Assembly: GCA_032249235.1 (NCBI GenBank)
Contig: JAVVGF010000003.1
Location: 64,001 to 128,000, forward strand
Length of the DNA: 64,000 nt
Source: Thermoproteota archaeon
GTDB lineage: Archaea > Thermoproteota > Thermoprotei > Gearchaeales > Gearchaeaceae
Direction of reading: 5' to 3'
The notes under the pieces are model-generated. The model had not been told where the DNA came from. It searched no databases and worked only from the letters and a program-made list of their open reading frames with translations. Made by a program: the position numbers and the translations under genes. Of the stretch, positions 9,773-19,994 are shown piece after piece. Every line of letters begins with the position of its first letter. Positions within the stretch are counted from its first letter, which is position 1.

Positions 9773-10948
9773 ATGGAAATTAAAGGATTTACTACAAAAG
9801 CTGTTCATAAAGGAGAGTTGATCGATAAAAGATTCGGTAATGTGATAACACCTATTTTCTTAAGCTCAACCTTTCTCTATCCTAATGAAGAAAGGGATGC
9901 TTACATAGATCCAACAAGAAACAAACCTTATTTGTATACACGCTTAGGTAATCCTACATTTACATCACTTGAGGAAAAATATGCTTCATTAGAGAATGCT
10001 AAATATGCGCTTTCTTTCGCTTCAGGCATGTCAGCGATAACAACGACGATTTTGAGTCTTATAAATTCAAAAAGTAGAATACTTGCGATAAATCAGTTAT
10101 ATGGTCAAACATATGAATTCTTAAAAGAAATAAGTAGAAGCTTAAACATTCAAGTTGATTTCATTTCGATGAGATCATTGAATTCTTTAGACATTCCAAG
10201 AAAAGAATATTCAATGATATATACTGAATCAATAACAAATCCTACGCTTCAAGTTTGCGATATAATTGCGGTTTCAGGATATTGTAGAGATAAAGGAATC
10301 GATTTAATCGTAGATGCAACTTTTGCAACTCCTTATAATCAAAGACCTTTAGAATTTGGTGCAAGCGTTGTATTGCATAGCGCAACTAAATATATCGCAG
10401 GTCATAGCGATGTAATCCTTGGTCTATTCGCTACGAACGATAAAGAAATTTATGATAAAGTTGTAGAAAACAGAACAAATTTAGGATGCATACCTGAACC
10501 TTTCAGTGCTTATTTGACTTTGAGAGGTATGAAGACTTTAGCTCTTAGATTAGATAGACAACAAGAAAATGCAATGAAGCTTGCGAAGTTTTTAAGTGAG
10601 CATGAAAAAGTTATGAAAGTTTTCTATCCTGGATTAGAAGATAATGAATTTCATGAAATAGCTAAAAAAGTTCTTAAAGGATATGGTGCAATGCTTTCAT
10701 TTGAAATAAAAGGAGGATATGAAGCTGCTAAGAAATTTATAAAGAATTTGAAGCTTTGTATTGTTGCTCCAAGTCTAGGAGGTGTTGAAACATTAGTTAC
10801 TTTACCTGTTGAAACAAGTCATAGGCAATTGAATATTGAAGAAAGAAAGGAAATGGGAATAAGTGAAGGGCTTGTAAGAGTTTCTTTAGGTATAGAAGAC
10901 TATGAAGATATCGAGAATGATTTTGCCCAGGCATTAGCTTCGATTTGA
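9773..10948 (+). CDS. Cys/Met metabolism PLP enzyme (cystathionine gamma-synthase/lyase family)
   Basis: YTRLGNPT, FASGMSAI, HSATKYIAGHSD, SLGGVETL and RVSLGIE motifs. Confidence 0.9.
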   Translation: MEIKGFTTKAVHKGELIDKRFGNVITPIFLSSTFLYPNEERDAYIDPTRNKPYLYTRLGNPTFTSLEEKYASLENAKYALSFASGMSAITTTILSLINSKSRILAINQLYGQTYEFLKEISRSLNIQVDFISMRSLNSLDIPRKEYSMIYTESITNPTLQVCDIIAVSGYCRDKGIDLIVDATFATPYNQRPLEFGASVVLHSATKYIAGHSDVILGLFATNDKEIYDKVVENRTNLGCIPEPFSAYLTLRGMKTLALRLDRQQENAMKLAKFLSEHEKVMKVFYPGLEDNEFHEIAKKVLKGYGAMLSFEIKGGYEAAKKFIKNLKLCIVAPSLGGVETLVTLPVETSHRQLNIEERKEMGISEGLVRVSLGIEDYEDIENDFAQALASI

Positions 10949-11686
10949 TTTTTTGAAGAATTCTGTTATTCTTTTTCTCGCGTTTCCATTTATTATCATT
11001 TTTTCGAACGTTTCTCTGGAGAATTCTATTTCATTATTAAATTTTTCTAAAAGTTTATTTCTCAAAATTTTAACATTTTTGATTGCAAACCAATCAAGTT
11101 TTCTAAATTTTTCCAACAATTCATTCAATTTTGCATAAGGATCTTCGCATACATAATCAATGATTCCTAATTCTAATGCGTTTTCTGCTGTTATGTTTTC
11201 AGCGCTTATTATGTATTTATAGAATCTTCTATCGAGGAATATTAAATATAGCGAAGCTAGCTCAGTAGGCGCTAACCCTATTCTTGGACCTCCTGTGCTG
11301 AAAAACGTATTCTTTTCTGCTATATTTATATCGATGAAAAATAACATTTCAAAACTTGCACCTATGGCGAAACCTTCTATGATTGCTATAGTTAATTTTG
11401 TTGTTTTTAATAATTTTTTGAATAAGCTATTCAGAAGTAGAGAATATTCTCTTGCTTTATCTTTTGAAAAAGAAGATTCATAAATTTCATTCAAATCTAC
11501 GCCTGCTCCAAATTTCTTATTTGAGCCTTTAAAGATAAGGAATTTTACTTCTTCATTTTTTTCTAAATTATCTAATACTTCATTCAATTCAATGAGCAAA
11601 TTTTTTGTCATTGCATTGCTTTTCTTTTCTTCTTTAAAAGTAATGTAAGCAACATCCTCTTGAGTTATTACTTCAATACTTTTCAT
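10934..11686 (-). CDS. Enoyl-CoA hydratase/isomerase (crotonase) family protein
   Basis: KSNAM, FGAGVDL, IEGFAIGASFE and AENALELGII motifs. Confidence 0.85.
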   Translation of the reverse strand: MKSIEVITQEDVAYITFKEEKKSNAMTKNLLIELNEVLDNLEKNEEVKFLIFKGSNKKFGAGVDLNEIYESSFSKDKAREYSLLLNSLFKKLLKTTKLTIAIIEGFAIGASFEMLFFIDINIAEKNTFFSTGGPRIGLAPTELASLYLIFLDRRFYKYIISAENITAENALELGIIDYVCEDPYAKLNELLEKFRKLDWFAIKNVKILRNKLLEKFNNEIEFSRETFEKMIINGNARKRITEFFKKSNRS

Positions 11687-11887
11687 ATGAATATTATTTA
11701 ATATCTTTTGTTATCAAGTCTTCACAGAATAAAAATTCTTCTACTTGAAATGATGGTAAAGCGAAGTTTATAAGTACGATTGTCCAAAATTTTAATTTAT
11801 AAGAATCAAATTTTCAATTATTTCTTGAACTTCTTGCATACTTTTTCAGAGTTTAACTTATATATTTTGACAAGAGAACATATAAAA

Positions 11888-13189
11888 ATGCAGCTAGCTA
11901 AGACTGAAATTGAAGCATGTGACTTTTATTTACTTTGGCTCATCGATGTACAAGGAATTTTGAAAGGTAGATCTATACCAAGCAAATATTTAAATTCTGC
12001 TATTGAAGAAGGCATTGGTTTCGATGGTTCTTCAATTCCAGGCTATTCAAAAATCCAAAATAGCGATTTGAGAATGAAAGCAGATATTACAACTTTTAGC
12101 TTATTGCCTACATACTTCTACAATAAAAAAGTAGGGAAATTCTTTTGCGATGTCTTAAATTCAAAAGGAGAGGAATTCAGTAAAAATCCGAGAAAAATTT
12201 GTAGAGATTATGAGAATAAACTGGATTTGAAAGTAAAGATATCAGCTGAACCTGAATTTTATTTAATCGACAAGAATTCTCTTAAACCAATCGAAGATGC
12301 ACCAGGAAATCAATATTTCGATTTATATCCTGGAAGAGATAAAACAGAAGCATTTAGAATGGAACTTAGCGATGCCTTAAGTCTTGCAGGTATAGAAGTG
12401 GAAAGGATGCATCATGAAGTAGGGCCTTCTCAGTGCGAAATAAACTTTAAATATTCTTCAATGCTTAGAACTGCTGATAATATAATAACATATAAGTTTT
12501 TTGCGAAAAAGGTAGCAGAAAAGTTTGGATGGGAAGCTACTTTCATGCCTAAGCCATGGATTGATAAATCTGGGAACGGAATGCACATACATCTAAGCCT
12601 GTTCAAGGAAGATAGGAATTTATTCTATGATCCAAACGAAGGTTTATCTCAATTCTGCTATTATTTCATAGGCGGAATTTTAGAGCATGCACATGCACTT
12701 GCTGCAGTAGCTGCACCTACTATTAATAGCTATCGCAGACTCATGCCAGGATATGAAGCACCGATCTACATTAGTTGGGGATGGTCAAATAGGTCAACTA
12801 TGATAAGAGTGCCACATTATTCAAAGTTAGAAGAGAAAAGCACTAGAATTGAAATAAGATTACCTGATCCTACTGCAAATCCCTATTTTCTATTACCTTG
12901 TATCATCGAAGCTGGATTAGATGGTGTTAAGAAGAAAATAGAACCTATGGAACCAAGTAAAGAAAACGTTTATGAATCTAAAGAAAATTACAAAACATTA
13001 CCTAGTTCATTGTTAGAAGCGATAAATGCGTGGGATAGCGATGATATTTGTATAAGAGCTTTAGGAAAAGAAGTAGCAGAGACTTATAGAGAACTATTAT
13101 TGCAGGAATGGAAAGATTTTTCGAGAGAAGTAGGTAGCAACGTTAAAGAAGTAACTGATTGGGAATTGAAGAGATATTTGCATAGATAA
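11888..13189 (+). CDS. glnA: Glutamine synthetase type I family
   Basis: FDGSS, HHEVGPSQCE, ATFMPKP..GNGMHIHLS, NSYRRLMPGYEAP, NRSTMIRVP and RIEIRLPD motifs. ATG at 11888, after a TATA-like box, is preferred to the TTG at 11780. Confidence 0.88.
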   Translation: MQLAKTEIEACDFYLLWLIDVQGILKGRSIPSKYLNSAIEEGIGFDGSSIPGYSKIQNSDLRMKADITTFSLLPTYFYNKKVGKFFCDVLNSKGEEFSKNPRKICRDYENKLDLKVKISAEPEFYLIDKNSLKPIEDAPGNQYFDLYPGRDKTEAFRMELSDALSLAGIEVERMHHEVGPSQCEINFKYSSMLRTADNIITYKFFAKKVAEKFGWEATFMPKPWIDKSGNGMHIHLSLFKEDRNLFYDPNEGLSQFCYYFIGGILEHAHALAAVAAPTINSYRRLMPGYEAPIYISWGWSNRSTMIRVPHYSKLEEKSTRIEIRLPDPTANPYFLLPCIIEAGLDGVKKKIEPMEPSKENVYESKENYKTLPSSLLEAINAWDSDDICIRALGKEVAETYRELLLQEWKDFSREVGSNVKEVTDWELKRYLHR

Positions 13190-13222
13190 TTCAATTTATA
13201 TTCACTACAGCTTTATAATCAC

Positions 13223-13645
13223 ATGCAAGTTAGCGATGCTTTTGAGAAGTTTGCAGAAGAATTTAGAGAGCATCCCGAAATACTAGATAGCGCCCTTATA
13301 GGTTTAGGAAAAATCTTGAAAATACTCGCATCTTTAAATGAAAGCGGGGTTCTCGATGCCTTAAATGAAGCATTATCGAATAAAGAAATTTTGGATAATT
13401 TGAAAAATGCATCTAAGAATTCATTGACCAATTTAATTCTGCTTTTAAATGTATTCGGTGCAATTGACAGTACAAAATTTAAGACTTATTCAAGCAAACT
13501 TCCAAAAGCAATTCAAGAAAGCTTGGAAGAATTTGAGAAGGAACATAAAGGAATAGGTATTTTGGGAATTTTAAGTCTTGCAAAAAAAGAAGAATTTGCA
13601 AGTCTTATAAGAGCTCTTGAAGTGTTTTTAAAAAACATGAAATGA
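13223..13645 (+). CDS. DUF1641-like helical protein
   Basis: LNESGVLDAL and a C-terminal IGILGILSLAK pattern. Confidence 0.55.
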   Translation: MQVSDAFEKFAEEFREHPEILDSALIGLGKILKILASLNESGVLDALNEALSNKEILDNLKNASKNSLTNLILLLNVFGAIDSTKFKTYSSKLPKAIQESLEEFEKEHKGIGILGILSLAKKEEFASLIRALEVFLKNMK

Positions 13646-14548
13646 TCATTTCTTTTGTCAAGCTACCTAAAGAAGCTAAAGAAATATTGAGCGGATATGA
13701 AGTGAAAGATGATAACATCGGTGAGGAAGATTTAAAAAAAAGCTAAAGTAATCATTGCTTTTCCTAGAAGCATTGATGAGAACATTATTTCTAAAGCTAA
13801 AAATCTTGAAGCAATACAAACAATAACAGCAGGCGTTGACGGTCTCCCTTTTCATATTTTACCTAAAAATATCAAAGTATTTTCTAATAGAGGTGCTTTC
13901 AACATTCCTGTAGCTGAACATGCATGGGCTTTAATACTCGCTTTAGCAAAGATGGTTGGAAGAAAGAAACCTTACAGAACTTATTTGTTAACGAACAAAA
14001 CTTTGCTCATATTAGGTGCTGGAGAAATAGGTAGCGAAATAGCTAGGATTGGAAAATTAGCATTTAATATGTATGTGGTAGGAGTATCTAGATCGTTTAA
14101 AAATCCTCAATACTTCGATGAAAGGTATAATATAGAAAAGCTTCCTGAAGTAATAAATAGAGCAAACGTTATTGTTGATGCGCTTCCCTTAAACAAATAC
14201 ACGTTTAAAATATTGAATTATGATTTGTTAAAGCATGTTGCTAATGAATGCATTATAGTGAACATTGGAAGAGGCGATACGGTAGATGAAGAAGGAATTT
14301 ATAAACTTCTTAAAGAAAGGCCTGACGTAAGATTTGCAACAGATGTATTTTGGATTAAAAATGAGCATGAGGATTTTGAATCGAAGCTCTGGGAACTTGA
14401 GAATTTCATGGGCACACCTCATACAGCTGGAGGAGGCGGAAGTGAAGAAGTGTTAAGAAATGCGATAATAGAAGCTGTTAAAAACGTCAAAATGTATTTA
14501 GAGAGAAGAGAAGCTAAAAATTTAGTAAAAATCGAAGACTATATTTGA
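13642..14548 (+). pseudogene. D-2-hydroxyacid dehydrogenase with a +1 frameshift in an A8 run (13734-13741)
   Basis: ATG at 13642 overlaps the previous stop (ATGA). Removing one A restores ...LKKAKVIIAFP...IQTITAGVD...PVAEHAWAL, in frame with ORF 13952-14548 (GAGEIG, NIGRG, TPHTAG). May be a sequencing error. Confidence 0.8.
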
Positions 14549-14931
14549 TCGATAATTTCTATTATTGAATTATCTGCGTCGATAACTAATGTTTTAGCTT
14601 TCATCAATTTTTCCACATCTTCAAATTGAACCAGTGGTATTTTTGCAATCGCACATCCTGAAGCAGTTATTATATCTGCTTTTTTGCAAACTATTGATAA
14701 AGGAGCTTTATTGTTAAGCTTAAGCGCATATAGCTTATAAGCCCCTACGCTGCTTCCTATTGCATTAGGTATTATAAGTATTTTATTCGCTATGCTTTTG
14801 TTGCTTAAAGGATGCGAGATATCATTTACTTTTCCATCATCGTCGACCACCAAGAAATTGATGGGTTTTTCGCTATACAATACTTCTCCTTTTGCATAAC
14901 CTTTAACAATTGCTTTGCATTTCATTCGCAT
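14539..14931 (-). CDS. Aconitase X small subunit (DUF126); probable phosphomevalonate dehydratase subunit
   Basis: GYAKGEVL, AIGSSVG, NNKAP and GCAIAKIPLV motifs; paired with DUF521. Confidence 0.85.
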   Translation of the reverse strand: MRMKCKAIVKGYAKGEVLYSEKPINFLVVDDDGKVNDISHPLSNKSIANKILIIPNAIGSSVGAYKLYALKLNNKAPLSIVCKKADIITASGCAIAKIPLVQFEDVEKLMKAKTLVIDADNSIIEIIDQI

Positions 14932-16094
14932 TCTTCTTCAACTATTTCTTTCATACTTTTCAAGCTAACATTTACTTTGTTCCAATTCCTTAAATAATAA
15001 CAAGCTTTCACGCTATTAGTTATTACTGAATCGAATTCTTTTTTATCTACTAAAGGTGTTAAGCATGAACAAGAATCGCAATATATTTCAACACCTGCCC
15101 TTTCTAGCTCATTTACATAGCCAAACTTCTTCGCTTCATTGTATATTTTTCTAGCACAAAATAGAATGCATTTTTTCTTAAATTTCCTTTCTCCTTTTCT
15201 CAGCAAAATGCTTAGCATTCTCAATTCTTCCATTCCAAGTTGAGGGCTTCCGAATACTATCAGATCACCCTTATCAGAATTTGCAAGTCTTTCGAATATT
15301 TCCTTTGATTCTTTTTCATCATATTCTACTGTTTCCTCATATCTTGAATCTTTTTTAGCAAGCTCGAACATTCCCGCTGAGCCAGAGGTTCCTAGCGAGG
15401 CGCTTAAAGATTTAGCATAAATTTCGTTAAACCCATTTTTTATATCAAAGGCTATTGAATACTCATTGAATATTCCAGCGAAATATCCGAGCAAGCCATA
15501 TTCAAGTTCATTTTTTAATTCCTTCTTGACTCTAATGCACAATCTTGGCTTTCTAAATTCTTCTAATCTCAATCCAGAATAAGGAGACTTGCCTGTTATT
15601 GCACTTGCTAAAGCGCTGAGTGCGCTTTCTTTATTTGTTTTAAGACCTAATATTGAATTCGCAAATATTGCTGCATTACTTTCAGCGAAGCTTACATGCT
15701 TACCTCTTTCGGGGATTTCATAAACTTGATAAGGTATGCAAGTATAAGAAGCGATTATGCCCATTTTTTCATAAGCTCTTCTAATCCTTTCTTGCTTTTC
15801 TTTAAATTCCTTGCTTATAATTGCGCTTTTATATGGGTCGTAACCCATTGGATTAAGCGTAGATTTTATCTTAACTTTTTCTCCTTTCATTTTTTCGCTT
15901 AAGTCTTCAAGAAATTTCAAACCTGCATCTCCTATTGTATTGTAATTAACACCTGAAATATGAGCCCATTCGACTTCTATCAATTTTTCTGCATTCGTTG
16001 CTTCTCCTATAGCAACTAATATACTATAAGCTAATTCAATTGCTTCCCCATATTCTCCTTTTAGAGCTTTTTCTTCTTCATTAGATAAGTACAC
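14922..16094 (-). CDS. Aconitase X large subunit (DUF521); probable phosphomevalonate dehydratase subunit
   Basis: MYLSNEEE, AHISGVNY, TCIPY, ESNA..FANS, GSPQ, DSCSC and TNSVKA motifs. Confidence 0.88.
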   Translation of the reverse strand: MYLSNEEEKALKGEYGEAIELAYSILVAIGEATNAEKLIEVEWAHISGVNYNTIGDAGLKFLEDLSEKMKGEKVKIKSTLNPMGYDPYKSAIISKEFKEKQERIRRAYEKMGIIASYTCIPYQVYEIPERGKHVSFAESNAAIFANSILGLKTNKESALSALASAITGKSPYSGLRLEEFRKPRLCIRVKKELKNELEYGLLGYFAGIFNEYSIAFDIKNGFNEIYAKSLSASLGTSGSAGMFELAKKDSRYEETVEYDEKESKEIFERLANSDKGDLIVFGSPQLGMEELRMLSILLRKGERKFKKKCILFCARKIYNEAKKFGYVNELERAGVEIYCDSCSCLTPLVDKKEFDSVITNSVKACYYLRNWNKVNVSLKSMKEIVEEECE

Positions 16095-16165
16095 TTGTTA
16101 AATAACGCTAGTAAAATAATAAAAACTACTTTCAAAGTTTTATTCAAGATAATTTAATTTAAGAT

Positions 16166-16819
16166 ATGCCCAATCATTATTATGTTAACGTACTAGCTTT
16201 GTCTTTCAATTCAGAATGGTGGAAAATGAGCGAAACAAGACAAAGCGACGAGTTACTTGAGGTAGAAGAAGTATTGAAGAGGTTTATTAAAGAAAAAGAA
16301 ATCGATGTTCTTAGAATTTTCAATTCTTTGAGATATGATAACGATTTAATATTTTGGATCATAGCAAACGATACAAATAAAATAATTGAATTTCAAAGAA
16401 TTATAAAGAAAAAAATTGGAAAATACTCGAATCTTAGACATGGATTTCTTTCTATACTTGAACCTTCTCCTTATTTTAAAGGACAATTGAAGCCTTTCAA
16501 CAAGGAACCTAAGCGATATTTTGTTGCATATCCTATGAAAAGAGATCCTGAATGGTTTTTACTTAGCGAAGAAGAAAGAAAGAAAATAGTTGAAGAGCAT
16601 ATAAGAATTGCTGCAACCCATCCTGAAAATGTAGGAATAGTTTCTTATACATCATATTCTTTTGGTATCGATGATAATGAATATGTTGTACTATATGAGC
16701 TTGATTCGCTTGTTTCTTGGGCACATGTAGTTGAAAAGCTAAGGGAAGCGAAGCATAGGAAATGGATTTTAAGAGAAGAACCTCTTTTAGTTGGAGAACT
16801 ATATAGATTCCTAGCTTAG
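16166..16819 (+). CDS. Chlorite dismutase-family heme protein, coproheme decarboxylase (HemQ/ChdC)-like
   Basis: YPMKR..EW.LL..EER...EH, SFGIDD.E and KLRE motifs; Ser where true chlorite dismutases have the distal Arg. Confidence 0.8.
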   Translation: MPNHYYVNVLALSFNSEWWKMSETRQSDELLEVEEVLKRFIKEKEIDVLRIFNSLRYDNDLIFWIIANDTNKIIEFQRIIKKKIGKYSNLRHGFLSILEPSPYFKGQLKPFNKEPKRYFVAYPMKRDPEWFLLSEEERKKIVEEHIRIAATHPENVGIVSYTSYSFGIDDNEYVVLYELDSLVSWAHVVEKLREAKHRKWILREEPLLVGELYRFLA

Positions 16820-18060
16820 CATTTCATAGCTAAATAAACATTATTGACATTATTTCCTGTATAGCCTCTTTTTATTAGTTTATTCACTTTTTCGAAAGCA
16901 AAAGCAGTATTATTATCTGAAAATTCTTTTTCTATATCTATTCCTGCATCGATTATTTCTTTCAATGTATTCTCATCAGCCCATGCACCTGCAGCATTTG
17001 AATTTCCATCGAATCCATCAGTAGCATATGCTAAAATTTTAAAATTCTCTTTTACAGCGTTGATTATGAAAGATAGAGCGAATTCTGTATTTCTACCTCC
17101 TTTTCCTTTACCTATAACTTTCACTTCAGGCTCGCCGCCCATGATCAAAAGCTTCTTGTTTTTATTTTCAAGGAATATTCTTGCAAAAAGCTTCGCTATT
17201 TCTTTGCTCTCTCCTGAAGCCCAAGAAGTTAGTATTAAAGGATGAAGATTTCTCATTTTTTCTTTAATACCTTCAAGAACATCTCTATTCCTTAAAACGA
17301 TGAAATGAGGAGAATTTAGATGCTTAGGAGTTTCTTCAATTTCATTATTCATTCCTTTATTTATTATATTTCTTATCGATTCTGGAATTTTATCCCATAT
17401 ACCTCTGTTTTTCAAAATAGCATAAGCATCCTTGTAAGTCGTAGGATCAGCAACTGTAGGACCGCTACCTATTGTTGAGATATCATCAAATGGAACATCG
17501 CTTATTGCCAATGTAATAATTCTAGGTTTGCAAATCTTAGCTAGCCTTCCACCTTTAATCTTAGATAAATGTTTTCTTACAGCATTAATTTCAAATATTG
17601 TTGCGCCGCTCTTCAGCAATAAATCATTTAGCTTTATCAGATCTTCAAGATCTACAAAAGGATCTTCGATAAGAGATGACGAACCTCCTGATATCAAGAA
17701 AATTACTGAAGAATAGTCTTTCTTAATCTCTTCTTCTATTATCTTGCTTGCTTCTATGCTTTTTTCAGAAGGAAGAGGATGTGTAGATCTCACTTCAATG
17801 AATCCTTCTATTTTATCGAGCGGATCGTTTGAAGGTCTAACTATTATTCCTCTTTCAGGTTTTATGATTTCCTTAGCCCATTTCGCCATTTTGAAAGCAC
17901 ACTTACCAACAGATATTACAAGAGGCGTTGAACCAATTTCGAACTTAAATTTGTTGATTACTAATTTCGAATCTTTGATGATTACTCTTTTAAGTAATGC
18001 ATGGTATGAATCAGCTAAAGAATCTATCAATTCTATTAACTCTTGAATTTGATAATCCAC
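16816..18060 (-). CDS. Glycerate 2-kinase (MOFRL family)
   Basis: HPLP, LISGGSSSL, INAVRKHLS.IKGG, SGPT, GGRNTE, TDGFDG and TGNNVN motifs. Confidence 0.9.
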   Translation of the reverse strand: MDYQIQELIELIDSLADSYHALLKRVIIKDSKLVINKFKFEIGSTPLVISVGKCAFKMAKWAKEIIKPERGIIVRPSNDPLDKIEGFIEVRSTHPLPSEKSIEASKIIEEEIKKDYSSVIFLISGGSSSLIEDPFVDLEDLIKLNDLLLKSGATIFEINAVRKHLSKIKGGRLAKICKPRIITLAISDVPFDDISTIGSGPTVADPTTYKDAYAILKNRGIWDKIPESIRNIINKGMNNEIEETPKHLNSPHFIVLRNRDVLEGIKEKMRNLHPLILTSWASGESKEIAKLFARIFLENKNKKLLIMGGEPEVKVIGKGKGGRNTEFALSFIINAVKENFKILAYATDGFDGNSNAAGAWADENTLKEIIDAGIDIEKEFSDNNTAFAFEKVNKLIKRGYTGNNVNNVYLAMKC

Positions 18061-18131
18061 AATCCATATACATGATTCTGGCTTAAATTAAGAACGATTA
18101 TCTTGGCTTATTATCAAAATATTGCATTAAA

Positions 18132-18476
18132 TTAATCTTTCAAGAGAGGAATAAATTTTCTTATTTCGTTGATCAATTTTTTTGCAATATTTATGCAATT
18201 GACAGCTAATTCCTCATTGATTTCAATTTCGCTATAATCGGCATCCTTCCTTCTCTCATATAGATAAAAAGCCTGCACAGCTAATTCCTCTTTTCCTAAA
18301 TATTTTAAAATGTTTATCAACTTATCATCTTTCTTAGGTATAGCTGATCTTAGACTTCTGGCTAATAACTCAATTTCTTTTCTAACAGCAAAGTATGAAG
18401 CAGAGACAGCTTTATTGAAACATTTATTCTTTATGTCAATTTCTGCTTCATTTATTAAAGTATCTGCCTTGTTCAT
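18132..18476 (-). CDS. HEPN domain protein
   Basis: AVSASYFAV and a C-terminal R..ADY motif; overlaps the upstream gene. Confidence 0.8.
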   Translation of the reverse strand: MNKADTLINEAEIDIKNKCFNKAVSASYFAVRKEIELLARSLRSAIPKKDDKLINILKYLGKEELAVQAFYLYERRKDADYSEIEINEELAVNCINIAKKLINEIRKFIPLLKD

Positions 18477-18984
18477 TTTCAGAAATTATGTAGAAGTTTA
18501 TAGAACAGTCATACTTAGAATTTACCTCAAGAGTAGCCTTCGCTATTTTTCTTATTATATCATCACTTTTATACTTAACAATTACTAAAACGTTGCTATC
18601 ATAACCGTTTATTTCTTTTACTTCAAGAATTTCAGGAAATTTCATCAATTTTTCTTTGAATTCCTTCAAGGAATCTTCGCAATCTTTTCTGCTCATTCTA
18701 TAACTCAAAAATGAATCAATAGTGTTCTTATCATTTTCATTAGTTATATAGAAATTTATCGAGCATTTATACTTCGAATTAATTTCTAGAGCAATTTTTG
18801 CTACTCTTTTTATTATCTCGTCTTTTTTATTCCTTACAACCACCAATACGTTACTATCATATATCAAGTCATCTTCTCCTAAACCTATTATCATTATTAA
18901 ATCATTTCCTAATTCATTTCTAAGTCTATCAGCAAACTCATATAATGCTCTCCCCCATTCTTCAGCAAAATTTAGTACGTACAC
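18448..18984 (-). CDS. Tandem-duplicated degenerate nucleotidyltransferase (MNT)-like protein
   Basis: Internal repeat YDSNVLVxV...I.K..LE.NSKY.CSINFYI occurs twice; sits in the antitoxin position upstream of a HEPN gene. Confidence 0.55.
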   Translation of the reverse strand: MYVLNFAEEWGRALYEFADRLRNELGNDLIMIIGLGEDDLIYDSNVLVVVRNKKDEIIKRVAKIALEINSKYKCSINFYITNENDKNTIDSFLSYRMSRKDCEDSLKEFKEKLMKFPEILEVKEINGYDSNVLVIVKYKSDDIIRKIAKATLEVNSKYDCSINFYIISENEQGRYFNK

Positions 18985-19217
18985 ATGTAGTTTTTAACAT
19001 GGAAATAAATAAATCTAAATGTTTGGGATTAGACTGTTTTAAATCAGGAAAATCTCAAAGAACTTAAAAAAATAAATCTATTACTTATTAAAAAATACTT
19101 AAATATCTTTTAGTATTGAGAGAATTTTTTGCATCTTATTTGATAACTCTTTTTTAGTATATTGCTAAAATTAAAATTCAAAAATTTCTTGTATAAGATG
19201 AAGCTTCAGATTTTTAA

Positions 19218-19295
19218 GTATACGATGCGTTCTTTTAGCTAAGAATTTAAACTTTGAATTAATTAAGAGTGATAAAGACAGGCTAAAGTTATAAA
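19218..19295 (+). pseudogene. Possible decayed PIN/VapC fragment
   Basis: VYDAFF followed, after a frame change, by AKNLNFELIKSDK, resembling the PIN 'YDA...L.T.D' C-terminus. Confidence 0.3.
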
Positions 19296-19358
19296 AATAA
19301 TGTTAGAGTTTTATCTTAGAATACACTTAAGATTAAATGGCTATCATTATTAGATTAA

Positions 19359-19994
19359 CTAATCCTTTTCTTCTTCTAAAACTCTAGCTATGATAGGCTC
19401 TTCAAGGACTATTTTCTCTATTAAAACTTCTTTTTCTTTCTCAAATATTTCTTCACCTAAAACTATTCCTGCAAGCAAAATCGTGCAAATTATGCTAGGT
19501 ATTAATAAGAATTGTGCAAACGTTAAGACTTTGATTGAAGTGTTTCCTAGGAAAACTTGGCCTGCTGAAGTTATGAAATTGTAATCTACTTCTAAGTATG
19601 TGAAAGCTTCTCGAATTGAATAATTTATCAAAGGTATTGGTGAGGTCATTGTTATAATTTGGGAAAAAATTGATGCGATGAAAAGACTTCTAACATTGGT
19701 GCTTTTTATTTTCTTTCTAGCATAGATTATGCTCGTAATTAAAAGAAAAATGCTTGAAGCTAACAAGGGTATTGATTTTAATATGATAGAATCATAAAAT
19801 GGAACCTTTAATTCTTTATCATAATAACTCAGATTATACCAAAGAAGTGCAATATTACCATTTACAATTCCCTTAACTGATATTATTGGAATTATTAAGA
19901 TCAGAATGCTCAATACTGCTGAAACTATTGCGAGAGGTATTTTTAATTTAAGGATAAACTTGCCTGCTTTCATATACAACACCATTTTTAGCAA
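19359..19994 (-). CDS. Multi-pass membrane protein of unknown function
   Basis: About four hydrophobic helices and an acidic C-tail; overlaps the upstream gene. Confidence 0.7.
   Translation of the reverse strand: MLKMVLYMKAGKFILKLKIPLAIVSAVLSILILIIPIISVKGIVNGNIALLWYNLSYYDKELKVPFYDSIILKSIPLLASSIFLLITSIIYARKKIKSTNVRSLFIASIFSQIITMTSPIPLINYSIREAFTYLEVDYNFITSAGQVFLGNTSIKVLTFAQFLLIPSIICTILLAGIVLGEEIFEKEKEVLIEKIVLEEPIIARVLEEEKD

Noticed and set aside
16166-16819. Chlorite dismutase activity (chlorate respiration)
   Set aside because: The distal Arg is absent and the YPM motif fits the coproheme decarboxylase-like branch.
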